From NCBI GenBank assembly GCA_023381255.1, contig JAMCTX010000022.1:19302-83301 (forward strand): 64,000 nucleotides of DNA, read 5' to 3'. Below the pieces are notes generated by a model, which worked only from the letters and a program-made list of their open reading frames with translations, made no database searches and was not told the DNA's origin. The position numbers and the translations under genes were made by a program. Positions within the stretch are counted from its first letter, which is position 1; the number at the start of each line of letters is the position of its first letter. Shown in pieces: positions 35,956 to 44,846 of the stretch. Origin of the DNA: Nitrososphaerota archaeon (GTDB lineage: Archaea > Thermoproteota > Nitrososphaeria > Conexivisphaerales > UBA164).

Positions 35956-36885
35956 ATGATTTCTGTAATAGGTGCCGGTAAGGTAGGAGCAACCACGGCG
36001 GCTTTCCTAATGATGGGAGAAGCAGACAGCAAAATAGTTCTGGTGGACATTGTTGAGGGATTGCCTCAGGGCGAAGCGCTGGATATGAACCATGCAGCGG
36101 CGATACTTGGAAGGTCGGTAAGCGTAACCGGATCAAACAATTATGAAGACATAAGGGGCAGCGACATAGTTATAATTACCGCAGGCCTTGCGAGAAAGCC
36201 TGGCATGACACGCGAAGAGCTTGCTGCAAAGAACTCTGAAATAATATCAGGAGTTGCTGACCAAGTTCGCAAAAACGCTCCAAATGCCATTGTAATAATT
36301 ACGACAAATCCGCTTGACGCGATGGTCACGGTGCTATACAACAGGCTGAAGTTCCCTAGGAACAGGGTAATAGGGTTTAGCGGCGTTCTGGATTCAAGGC
36401 GCATGGCATATAATGCGTCACGCTATATCGGGATTTCCCCATCTTCAATAATTCCACTGGTGCTGGGGCAGCACGGTGAAAACATGTACCCGGTTCCAGA
36501 GCTTTCATCGGTTTACGGCAAGAACCTGAAGAACTTCCTGTCGGAAGAGCAATACAGCAGCGTGGTAAAAGATACCATTGATGCTGGCGCGCAGATAACC
36601 AATCTAAGAAAGTTCAGCAGCAACTGGGGTCCAGCAGCCGGGCTCCTGGTGATGGTTGATGCCATTAAAAAGGACAGAAAAACAGTGGTGGAGGCAAGCG
36701 TGTACCTGGACGGTGAATATTCAACCAGAGGGATCTTTGCTCAGGTGCCAGTTGTCCTCGGAAAGGAAGGGGCAGAAAAAATTGTCGAAGTTGACCTTAC
36801 TCAGGAACAGAAGGAGAAGTTCAATAAAAGCATTGAAGCAATAAAGAGCAACCTGAAACAGGTTCCATCCCAATATTTGGGTTAA
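35956..36885 (+). CDS. mdh: malate dehydrogenase (LDH-like MDH family)
   Basis: 309 aa with MISVIGAGKVGATTA, ITAGLARKPGMTREEL and GQHGENM motifs. Confidence 0.9.
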   Translation: MISVIGAGKVGATTAAFLMMGEADSKIVLVDIVEGLPQGEALDMNHAAAILGRSVSVTGSNNYEDIRGSDIVIITAGLARKPGMTREELAAKNSEIISGVADQVRKNAPNAIVIITTNPLDAMVTVLYNRLKFPRNRVIGFSGVLDSRRMAYNASRYIGISPSSIIPLVLGQHGENMYPVPELSSVYGKNLKNFLSEEQYSSVVKDTIDAGAQITNLRKFSSNWGPAAGLLVMVDAIKKDRKTVVEASVYLDGEYSTRGIFAQVPVVLGKEGAEKIVEVDLTQEQKEKFNKSIEAIKSNLKQVPSQYLG

Positions 36886-36904
36886 TTTTTTTTAGCTTAG
36901 TTCA

Positions 36905-37138
36905 TCACTGTTCTACAACTAACATAGTAAGGGTTGATTTAACGTTTTCAACCTTCCTCACTTTCCATGTGATAATTTCCTTAAGCTTTTCGGGCGTTGG
37001 CGCATTTACCTTTACAACCGTATCATAAACGCCGTAAACCCTGTGAGCTTCCATAATTTCGGGCAGCGTTTTAAGCTTGTTCAATACATCTTCCTCTTTT
37101 CCAGGTTCCACAGTCAAAAGTACAAAGGCTATTGGCAT
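36905..37138 (-). CDS. stand-alone Lrp/AsnC ligand-binding (RAM) domain protein
   Basis: 77 aa, reading AFVLLTVEPGKEEDVLNKLKTLPEIMEAHRVYGVYDTVVKV. No HTH is present. Confidence 0.7.
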   Translation of the reverse strand: MPIAFVLLTVEPGKEEDVLNKLKTLPEIMEAHRVYGVYDTVVKVNAPTPEKLKEIITWKVRKVENVKSTLTMLVVEQ

Positions 37139-37184
37139 GCAGTTTAATTAGCAGCTTTATTTAATAAATATTTCTAAAATATGT

Positions 37185-38204
37185 TCACTTGGGCAGGTTA
37201 CTGATTACTTCGTTCCCGATATCTTCGGTTTTTCCGGAGCCACCCATGTCGGGCGTCAATTTTTTGCCCTCCGCCAGCGTTTGATTTATTGCAGATTCCA
37301 GGGCGTGAGCGGCTTCGGGGTACCCCATCCATTCCAGCATCATTTTAAATGACAGAATAGCCGCCACGGGATTGGCTATCCCCTTTCCTGCTATGTCAGG
37401 CGCAGAGCCATGAACCGGTTCGAACATGGCATATTTGTCGCCAAGGTTTGCAGAAGCCGCAAGCCCAAGCCCTCCAACAAGCGCAGCAGCCTCGTCAGAA
37501 ATTATATCGCCGTAGAGGTTTTCTGCAACTATGACGTCATAGGATTCCGGCCTCAAAATGAGCCAGTGGGCAAGGGCGTCTATGTGAGCCTCCTCTGCCA
37601 GAACTTCAGGGTATTGTCTGGCCTGATTGAGGAAAACCTCCTTATAAAGCCCGTCAGTTGCCTTCAATACATTGGCCTTGTGCGCCAAAGTTACCTTCTT
37701 TTTGCGCTTTTCTGCCATGCCAAACGCCACTTTAAATATTTTCTCCGCGGCGCTTCTGGTGGTTACCCGGATTCCAAGCGCAATCTGGTCTGAAACCCTG
37801 TACTCGAGTCCAGAATAAGATCCCTCGGAGTTTTCCCTCACTATCAGAGCGTCAAGGTTTACCAGGCTGCTTGCCCTCGGCAGAGGCTTGAATGGCCTGA
37901 TGTTTGCATAAAGGTTAAACATCTTTCTTATTTTGACAGGCACCCCAAGTTCAGTCCCAAATCCCTCTAGGGATGTGGTTGGTCCCTTCAGGACGCAATC
38001 TGCACCGAACAGCTTGTCCTGGGACTGCTTTGGGAGGTTAGTGCCGTACTTTTTATAGGCTCCAAGGCCGGCTTCCAAAAATTCAAGCTCAATTGACAGC
38101 TTGTACGTTTCATTCAGAGCATTTATAACCTTCACTGTCGAGGAAATAACCTCAGGGCCTATCCCGTCCCCCTCAATTACAGCCACTTTCCACAATTTTA
38201 TCAA
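37185..38204 (-). CDS. beta-decarboxylating dehydrogenase (isocitrate / homoisocitrate / 3-isopropylmalate dehydrogenase family); substrate not assignable
   Basis: 339 aa with VIEGDGIGPEV, IVRENSEGSYSG, NLYGDIISDEAAALVGGLG and HGSAPDIAGKGIANP motifs. ATGA overlap with the aconitase gene. Confidence 0.8.
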   Translation of the reverse strand: MIKLWKVAVIEGDGIGPEVISSTVKVINALNETYKLSIELEFLEAGLGAYKKYGTNLPKQSQDKLFGADCVLKGPTTSLEGFGTELGVPVKIRKMFNLYANIRPFKPLPRASSLVNLDALIVRENSEGSYSGLEYRVSDQIALGIRVTTRSAAEKIFKVAFGMAEKRKKKVTLAHKANVLKATDGLYKEVFLNQARQYPEVLAEEAHIDALAHWLILRPESYDVIVAENLYGDIISDEAAALVGGLGLAASANLGDKYAMFEPVHGSAPDIAGKGIANPVAAILSFKMMLEWMGYPEAAHALESAINQTLAEGKKLTPDMGGSGKTEDIGNEVISNLPK

Positions 38205-40816
38205 GACCCAGTCATTCTGGACAACACAAAGTTCAATATCCCACCGGCTGTCACATAATCCATTTCAAGCTCCGAATCTATTCTTGAAATCAGCTCTACA
38301 TTTCCACCCCGGCCATCCTTTTTGGTATACTCCATTACAGCCTTTCCCCTTGGCTTCTTTTCAATGCTTATTGAAATTGGCTTGGAAGGATCAATATCCA
38401 GGCTGCTGTATGATTCATTGGGCTTAAACTGCAAGGGAACTATGCCCATGCCTACAAGGTTTGACCTGTGTATTCTCTCAAAGTTTTCGGCTACAACTGC
38501 CCTCACGCCCAGTAGGGCTGGCCCTTTTGCAGCCCAGTCCCTTGAACTTCCTGACCCATATTCCTTGCCAGCAATTACCACAAGCGGGCGGCCTTCCCCC
38601 CTGTACTCCATCGCAGCATCGTATATGCTCATTAGCTTCTTATCTGGAAAATGAAGCGTGAACCCGCCTTCGGTATTTTCAAGCAGGAGGTTCCTGATAC
38701 GCCTGTTTGCAAAAGTGCCACGCATCATCACCTCGTGGTTGCCTCTCCTTGCACCATATGTATTGAATTCAACCAGCGGAATTCCCAGGGATTTCAGGTA
38801 TCTTCCGGCCGGGCTTTCTGGCATTATTGCCCCTGCCGGAGATATATGGTCAGTAGAAATTGAATCCCCAAAAACTGCCAGCACTGCGGCATTTGATATC
38901 TTTTCGATGTTTTGCCCTTTTAAACCGCCCTCAAAAAATGGTGGCTTCCTTATGTAGGTGCTATTATCTTCCCAGCTGTAAGTTATGCCCGAAGGCGTCG
39001 CAAGCCTGTTCCAGAACGGATTGACGTTAAAAATGCCTTGACCATACACCTGCCTGAAAAGGCTTTCGTCGAGGGAATTTTTCACTATTTCATTTACCTC
39101 CTTGGACGACGGCCATACATCCTTCAGGTAAACCTCGTTTCCATCGTTAGAAATGCCAATTGGCTCTTTTGTTATGTCTTTCAGGATGTTTCCGGCAATG
39201 GAATAGGCAACTACCAGTGGCGGCGACATCAGATAATTTGCTCTTACGTCGTTGTGTATTCTTCCTTCAAAGTTCCTGTTGCCGGAAAGGGCACTGACAA
39301 CTGCCATGTTACCCTCGTTTACAAGCCTGCTTAGGTCATCTGCCAGCGGCCCGCTGTTGCCTATGCAGGTGGTGCACCCATATGCAACAACATAGAAACC
39401 CAGTTTCTCCAGGTACTTGAGGAGCCCAGACCTTTTTAGGTATTCTGTGACAACCCTGGACCCTGGTGCGAGGCTGGTCTTCACCTTGCTGGTATCAACG
39501 CGTAATCCCTTTTCCACGGCCTTTTTAGCCACAAGGCCAGCCATGATCAGGACAGAGGGGTTGCTCGTGTTTGTGCAGCTCGTTATTGAAGCTATCACTA
39601 TGTCACCATCTTTTAGGCCTTTTGATGATTTAGGTTGCTGGCTTTGAAGCACCTGCTTTACGAAGCTTTCGGGCGCGCCCTTTAACTCCATCTGCTGCTT
39701 TGGCTGGCTGGGACCTGAAAGGCTTGGCTTTACGCTTCCGAGGTCAAGCTCTATAACTTCGCTGTAGTCCGCGGGTTCGTACATGCCCTGTTCCCTGTAG
39801 TAGCTCTCTATCAGCTCTATCTGCTCCTTGCTTCTGGCGGTGAGCTTCAGATACTCAAAGGTCATTCTGTCAACCGGGAATAGCGCAACAGTGGCACCAT
39901 ATTCCGGGCACATGTTTGACACTGTAGCCCTGTCTGGAACGCTAAGGTTTCCCACACCGTCCCCAAAGAACTCCACAAATTTTCCCACTACGCCCTTTTC
40001 ACGCAGCAGCCTCGTCAGGGTTAGCGCCAGGTCAGTTGCCGTCACGCCGTCGTTGAGCTTGCCCGTCAGCTTAACTCCAACAACCTGCGGCATGATAAAT
40101 GAAACAGGCTGCCCGAGCATTGCAGCTTCAGCTTCTATCCCACCAACTCCAAACCCAACCACCCCAATCCCGTTGATCATCGTAGTGTGGGAATCTGTCC
40201 CAACCAGAGAATCAAAGTAAGCCACGCCGTCTGGTGAAAGCATAACAAGCTTGGCCAGGTATTCCAGGTTTATCTGGTGGCATATGCCAGCAGAGGGCGG
40301 AAAGATCCTCAGCCCCTGAAATGCCTGCCCAGCCCATTTCAGGAAGGTGTACCTTTCGCTGTTTCTTTTTATTTCATATTCAAGGTTCGTCTCAAAAGAC
40401 CCGGCGGAATTATATTCGTCTATCTGAACCGAATGGTCAATTATGAGGTCCACGGGCACGCCGGGCTTTATGATCTCGGGGGCCGCAGACCCTGATTTGA
40501 CGTAATCCCTCATTGCGGCAAGGTCAACAAGCGCCGGGACTCCCGTGAAATCCTGCATCAAAATCCTCGAAACCACTAGCGGTATGTCCCTGTCCTCTGG
40601 GCTTTTCGGGTTCCAGCTGGCAAGCGCCTTTATGTCATCCCATGTAACAGCCTTGCCGTCAAGATTTCTTAGCATTGACTCGAGCACGACCTTCAAAGAA
40701 TATGGCAAACGGGAAACCTTCCCGTACCCCATTTTTTCCAGCTCCATTATGGAGTAGTACTTTATCCTGGCGCTTCCTGGAAGCTGGAATTCCTTCAGAA
40801 ACTGTCCTTTATCCAT
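38201..40816 (-). CDS. acn: aconitate hydratase (AcnA/IRP type)
   Basis: 871 aa with DHSVQID, GTDSHTTM, SCTNTSNP, CTTCIGNSG and a C-terminal swivel domain. Confidence 0.9.
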   Translation of the reverse strand: MDKGQFLKEFQLPGSARIKYYSIMELEKMGYGKVSRLPYSLKVVLESMLRNLDGKAVTWDDIKALASWNPKSPEDRDIPLVVSRILMQDFTGVPALVDLAAMRDYVKSGSAAPEIIKPGVPVDLIIDHSVQIDEYNSAGSFETNLEYEIKRNSERYTFLKWAGQAFQGLRIFPPSAGICHQINLEYLAKLVMLSPDGVAYFDSLVGTDSHTTMINGIGVVGFGVGGIEAEAAMLGQPVSFIMPQVVGVKLTGKLNDGVTATDLALTLTRLLREKGVVGKFVEFFGDGVGNLSVPDRATVSNMCPEYGATVALFPVDRMTFEYLKLTARSKEQIELIESYYREQGMYEPADYSEVIELDLGSVKPSLSGPSQPKQQMELKGAPESFVKQVLQSQQPKSSKGLKDGDIVIASITSCTNTSNPSVLIMAGLVAKKAVEKGLRVDTSKVKTSLAPGSRVVTEYLKRSGLLKYLEKLGFYVVAYGCTTCIGNSGPLADDLSRLVNEGNMAVVSALSGNRNFEGRIHNDVRANYLMSPPLVVAYSIAGNILKDITKEPIGISNDGNEVYLKDVWPSSKEVNEIVKNSLDESLFRQVYGQGIFNVNPFWNRLATPSGITYSWEDNSTYIRKPPFFEGGLKGQNIEKISNAAVLAVFGDSISTDHISPAGAIMPESPAGRYLKSLGIPLVEFNTYGARRGNHEVMMRGTFANRRIRNLLLENTEGGFTLHFPDKKLMSIYDAAMEYRGEGRPLVVIAGKEYGSGSSRDWAAKGPALLGVRAVVAENFERIHRSNLVGMGIVPLQFKPNESYSSLDIDPSKPISISIEKKPRGKAVMEYTKKDGRGGNVELISRIDSELEMDYVTAGGILNFVLSRMTGS

Positions 40817-40860
40817 GGTATCCCTTTAAACAAAGCGCTTAAAAATATTAACTTTAAAAG

Positions 40861-41238
40861 TTGGTTATGGAAGCAATTTTAAGCGCAGAGATACACCCCT
40901 CTGAGGATCCGCAGAAAGTAAAGCAGGCTGTACTGAACATAGTTGATCCAGGGGACACGTCGGAAATAAGCTTGCAGGATGACAGGATAACTGCAAGGGT
41001 TGGTTACCTCACGCTGGATCGAATCGTGAAATCTGCCAAGGACAAGAACACGGTTCCAATGTTTTTGAAACTGGTAAATGCAGGTGCAGGAGGCGTTCAC
41101 AGGCTGATGTTTAACAGGCAGGCCGCGCATGCGGGCAGGATAATCATGTGCGACGACCCCCAGGAGTCGCCTCTGGGACCCATATACCTTGGGCTGAACG
41201 ATGAAGCCCTGAAGTACATAATTTCGCATACACAGTGA
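40861..41238 (+). CDS. UPF0201 (COG1931) family predicted RNA-binding protein
   Basis: 125 aa with AEIHPSEDPQKVKQAVLNI and FNRQAAHAGRI...SPLGPIYL, as remembered for UPF0201. Confidence 0.55.
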   Translation: MVMEAILSAEIHPSEDPQKVKQAVLNIVDPGDTSEISLQDDRITARVGYLTLDRIVKSAKDKNTVPMFLKLVNAGAGGVHRLMFNRQAAHAGRIIMCDDPQESPLGPIYLGLNDEALKYIISHTQ

Positions 41239-41277
41239 CCTTTGCGCTACGCTTAAATTTTCAGGATAAAGCAGTTA

Positions 41278-41796
41278 ATGCATCTTATGATTAAGGACAC
41301 AAAAAAATGCAATGAAGTGATAAACCAGCTGAGGGATGCCCTAAAGAAAGCCATAAAAGAAAGGGACGATTTAAGTTCAAAGCTTCTATACCTGCAGGCC
41401 GATTTTGAAAATTTCGCAAACAGGAGCAGGAAGAACACCGAGGAACAAGTTGAAAAAAGGGAATTCGAAGTTATATCTGAAATGCTTGAAATTCTCGACG
41501 AACTTGAAATAACTTACGAAAGGGCCAGGGGCAAAATAGATGACAGGGAATTCTTGGAGGGCTTGGGCATAATTATATCCAAGTTCAATAAAAAGCTGGG
41601 AGCCTTGGGGGTAACCCCAATTGACCCTGCCGGGAAGAAATTTGATCCAGCGCTTCACGCAGCAGTATCGACTGTGCGCGTTGACGACCCAAAACAGGAG
41701 GGCGTTGTAGTGGAAGTTTTAAGAAAAGGTTATATGGTAAAGAGAAAGCTGATAAGGGCAGCTGTGGTTAAAGTGGGCGTAATAAAGGGTGATTAA
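41278..41796 (+). CDS. grpE: nucleotide exchange factor GrpE
   Basis: 172 aa with LYLQADFENFANRSRKN, and positioned immediately upstream of dnaK. Confidence 0.9.
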   Translation: MHLMIKDTKKCNEVINQLRDALKKAIKERDDLSSKLLYLQADFENFANRSRKNTEEQVEKREFEVISEMLEILDELEITYERARGKIDDREFLEGLGIIISKFNKKLGALGVTPIDPAGKKFDPALHAAVSTVRVDDPKQEGVVVEVLRKGYMVKRKLIRAAVVKVGVIKGD

Positions 41797-41799
41797 AAA

Positions 41800-43677
41800 A
41801 TGGCATCTTCACAAGGTCAAAAGGAAAAGATCATTGGCATAGATTTAGGCACTACTAATTCAGCTGCTGCTGTAATGGAGGGCGGAAGGCCTGTAATAAT
41901 ACCTAGCGCTGAGGGGCCGACAATTGCAGGGAAGATGTTTCCCTCGGTTGTCGCATTTACGAAGGACAACCAGCTGCTTGTAGGCGAATCTGCAAAGAGG
42001 CAGGCCGTCACAAATCCCGAAGGGACAATATTTGAGGCAAAAAGGAAAATGGGCCTTGATTTTAAATTCAGGATCTACGGCAAAGAGTTTAGCCCTCAGC
42101 AGATTTCGTCGTTTATTCTGCAAAAGATAAAGAAGGACGCAGAAACTTATCTTGGATACCCGGTAAAGAAGGCGGTAATAACGGTGCCGGCTCATTTTAA
42201 TGACAATCAGAGGCAGGCCACAAAGGATGCCGCTGAAATAGCAGGGCTTGAAGTTGTAAGGATAATCAACGAGCCAACTGCCGCGTGTCTGGCCTTTGGC
42301 GTAGACAAGCAGGAAAGCGAAATGAAAATACTTGTATTCAGCTTTGGCGGCGGAACTCATGATGCCACACTGATGGAGTTTGGCGGCGGAGTGTTTCAGG
42401 TTCTTGCTACAAGCGGCGATAACGAGACAGGAGGTTCGGACATAGACCGGGCTCTCATGAACTACCTGCTGGAAGAATTCAAAAAGGACGCGGGAATAGA
42501 CCTGCGCTCTGATACAATGGCCATGATGAGGTTAAAGGAGGCCGCGGAAAAGGCAAAGATAGAGCTTTCAAACCTGCTGACAACGGACATAGACCTGCCG
42601 TTCATAGCGACCGTTAACAGCCAGCCAAAGCACCTGCACTACACTCTAACAAGGGCCAAGCTGGAGGAGCTGTCGATGCCAATTATAGAAAAAATAAGGC
42701 CCACGATACAGAGGGTGCTTGCAGATGCCAAGCTTACCCCTGAAAACATCAACAAGGTAATATTGATAGGTGGCATGACAAGGATGCCGCTGGTTAGGAA
42801 GTTTGTGGAGGACACCATGGGCAAGCCCGCAGAAAGGGGCGTTGACCCAATGGAGGCCGTGGCCATAGGTGCGGCAATACAGGGGGCAGTACTTGCCGGA
42901 GAAATAAAGAACATAGTGCTGCTTGATGTAACACCCGTGTCGCTGGGGGTGGAAACGCTTGGCGGTATTTTCACAAAGTTAATTGAGAAGAACACCACAA
43001 TACCCACCAAAAGGTCTGAGATATTCACGACCGCAGCTGACTTCCAGACAACCGTCACGATACACGTGCTTCAGGGTGAAAGGGCAATGGCAGCGGATAA
43101 CGTGTCCCTGGGAATGTTTAATCTTGATGGTATACCTCCTGCCCCGCGCGGCGTTCCAAAGATTGAAGTGACATTTGATATTGATGCAAACGGCATTTTG
43201 CATGTATCCGCCAAGGATACGGCAACCGGAAAGGAGGCCAAGATCACAATAACCTCAAGGATGAGGCTTTCAGAAGAAGAAAAGCAAAAAATGGTAAAGG
43301 AAGCGGAAGAGTATGCGGAGCAGGACAAGAAAAAGCTTGAGCTGGCAACGCTGAGAAACGAGTCAGATACGCTGCTGTACACTTCAAAGAAAATGAGGGC
43401 AGATATGAAGGATAAAATAAGCGAGTCAGACGCAAAAAGTCTGGAACAGGCTGAAAACGAGCTTAGCGAAGCGCTGAAGGGCAATGACTCAGAGGTCATA
43501 AAGCAAAAAATTGAAAGCATAAAATCCCTGATGGAAAAGATAGGTTCCAGCATGTATCAGTCAAGCGCCCAGCAGGCAGCCGGGCAACAAGCCGCCGGGC
43601 AGCAGGCAAATGAGCAGCAACAACAGCCAGGCGAAAGCAAAAAAACCTACGATGTAAGCGGCGAAAAGGTGTCCTGA
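41800..43677 (+). CDS. dnaK: Hsp70 chaperone DnaK
   Basis: 625 aa with [18 protein letters not shown]-like FSFGGGTHD and [11 protein letters not shown] motifs. Confidence 0.95.
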   Translation: MASSQGQKEKIIGIDLGTTNSAAAVMEGGRPVIIPSAEGPTIAGKMFPSVVAFTKDNQLLVGESAKRQAVTNPEGTIFEAKRKMGLDFKFRIYGKEFSPQQISSFILQKIKKDAETYLGYPVKKAVITVPAHFNDNQRQATKDAAEIAGLEVVRIINEPTAACLAFGVDKQESEMKILVFSFGGGTHDATLMEFGGGVFQVLATSGDNETGGSDIDRALMNYLLEEFKKDAGIDLRSDTMAMMRLKEAAEKAKIELSNLLTTDIDLPFIATVNSQPKHLHYTLTRAKLEELSMPIIEKIRPTIQRVLADAKLTPENINKVILIGGMTRMPLVRKFVEDTMGKPAERGVDPMEAVAIGAAIQGAVLAGEIKNIVLLDVTPVSLGVETLGGIFTKLIEKNTTIPTKRSEIFTTAADFQTTVTIHVLQGERAMAADNVSLGMFNLDGIPPAPRGVPKIEVTFDIDANGILHVSAKDTATGKEAKITITSRMRLSEEEKQKMVKEAEEYAEQDKKKLELATLRNESDTLLYTSKKMRADMKDKISESDAKSLEQAENELSEALKGNDSEVIKQKIESIKSLMEKIGSSMYQSSAQQAAGQQAAGQQANEQQQQPGESKKTYDVSGEKVS

Positions 43678-43683
43678 CTCTGA

Positions 43684-44766
43684 ATGAGTTATCAAGGAAA
43701 AAAGGACTATTACGAGATACTTGGCGTCTCTAAAAGCGCAAGCCAGGAAGAGATTAAAAACGCTTACAGAAAACTTGCGCTAAAATACCACCCCGATGTA
43801 AATAAATCGAAGGAAGCGGAAGAAAAATTCAAGGAGATAACTGAAGCATATGCCGTGCTTTCAGACCAGGAAAAGAGAAAGAAGTATGACATGTACGGGG
43901 AAGAAGGCATCCATGCGCAGTACTCAGAAGAAGATCTTTTCAGGAACGTTAATTTTGACGACATTTTTCGGGGATTCGGGTTTAATTTTGACGACATTTT
44001 CAAGAACTTCTTTGGAAATTATGGCGGTTACAGGCAGGAAAGCCTGGACATAGGCTATGACCTGGACCTGGAGCTTGAGGACTTGGTTTCGGACAGGCCT
44101 AAAATAATAGAGCTTAACAGGGTCGACCCATGCCCCGTTTGCAAGGGCACCGGTCTTGAGCCGGGAGGAAGGTGGGTAACGTGCCCTGAATGCAACGGAA
44201 CGGGCCAGAAGAGGGTCGTAAAAAGGGCCGGTTTTGCAAGCTTCGTAACCGTGAGCACATGCGAAAGGTGCCATGGGACAGGTAAAATTGCCGACAAGCC
44301 TTGCAGGTCATGCGGGGGGACAGGCAAGGTCAGGGAAAATGTGAAAATAGAGGTCAAGATACCCGCAGGCGTTGAAGATGGCGACCAGCTCAGGATAAAG
44401 GGCGAGGGCAATTTTGGAAACGGAAGGCGCGGGGACCTTTACCTGATGGTGCACATAGTGCCCCACCAGAGATTCACGAAGGACAGGCAGGACCTCATTG
44501 CGCCTCTGAGCGTAAATTTTCTAGATTCAATTTTAGGAAACGAAATTGAAACAGAAGGATTGAACGGTGAAAAGATCAGGCTGAAGATAAAGCCATATAC
44601 GCAGTCTGATGATTTGATTAAGGTGAAGGGCAAGGGGCTGCCGAAGCCGCACGGATTTGGCCGGGGTGACCTGATTTTTAAGGTGAAGGTGGCAATGCCG
44701 ACTAGTTTGAACGACAGGCAAAAGGAACTGCTGGAAGAGCTGAGACGTACAATCCAAAACAACTGA
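43684..44766 (+). CDS. dnaJ: Hsp40 co-chaperone DnaJ
   Basis: 360 aa with a J domain (YYEILGV...KYHPD) and four CxxCxGxG zinc-finger repeats. Confidence 0.95.
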   Translation: MSYQGKKDYYEILGVSKSASQEEIKNAYRKLALKYHPDVNKSKEAEEKFKEITEAYAVLSDQEKRKKYDMYGEEGIHAQYSEEDLFRNVNFDDIFRGFGFNFDDIFKNFFGNYGGYRQESLDIGYDLDLELEDLVSDRPKIIELNRVDPCPVCKGTGLEPGGRWVTCPECNGTGQKRVVKRAGFASFVTVSTCERCHGTGKIADKPCRSCGGTGKVRENVKIEVKIPAGVEDGDQLRIKGEGNFGNGRRGDLYLMVHIVPHQRFTKDRQDLIAPLSVNFLDSILGNEIETEGLNGEKIRLKIKPYTQSDDLIKVKGKGLPKPHGFGRGDLIFKVKVAMPTSLNDRQKELLEELRRTIQNN

Positions 44767-44846
44767 AGGTATAACGCGTTTTTTAAATTTCAAATGATGT
44801 TTTTTTGATAACAAATAAATAGCATTAAAATGGTAAGGTTGCGTCA

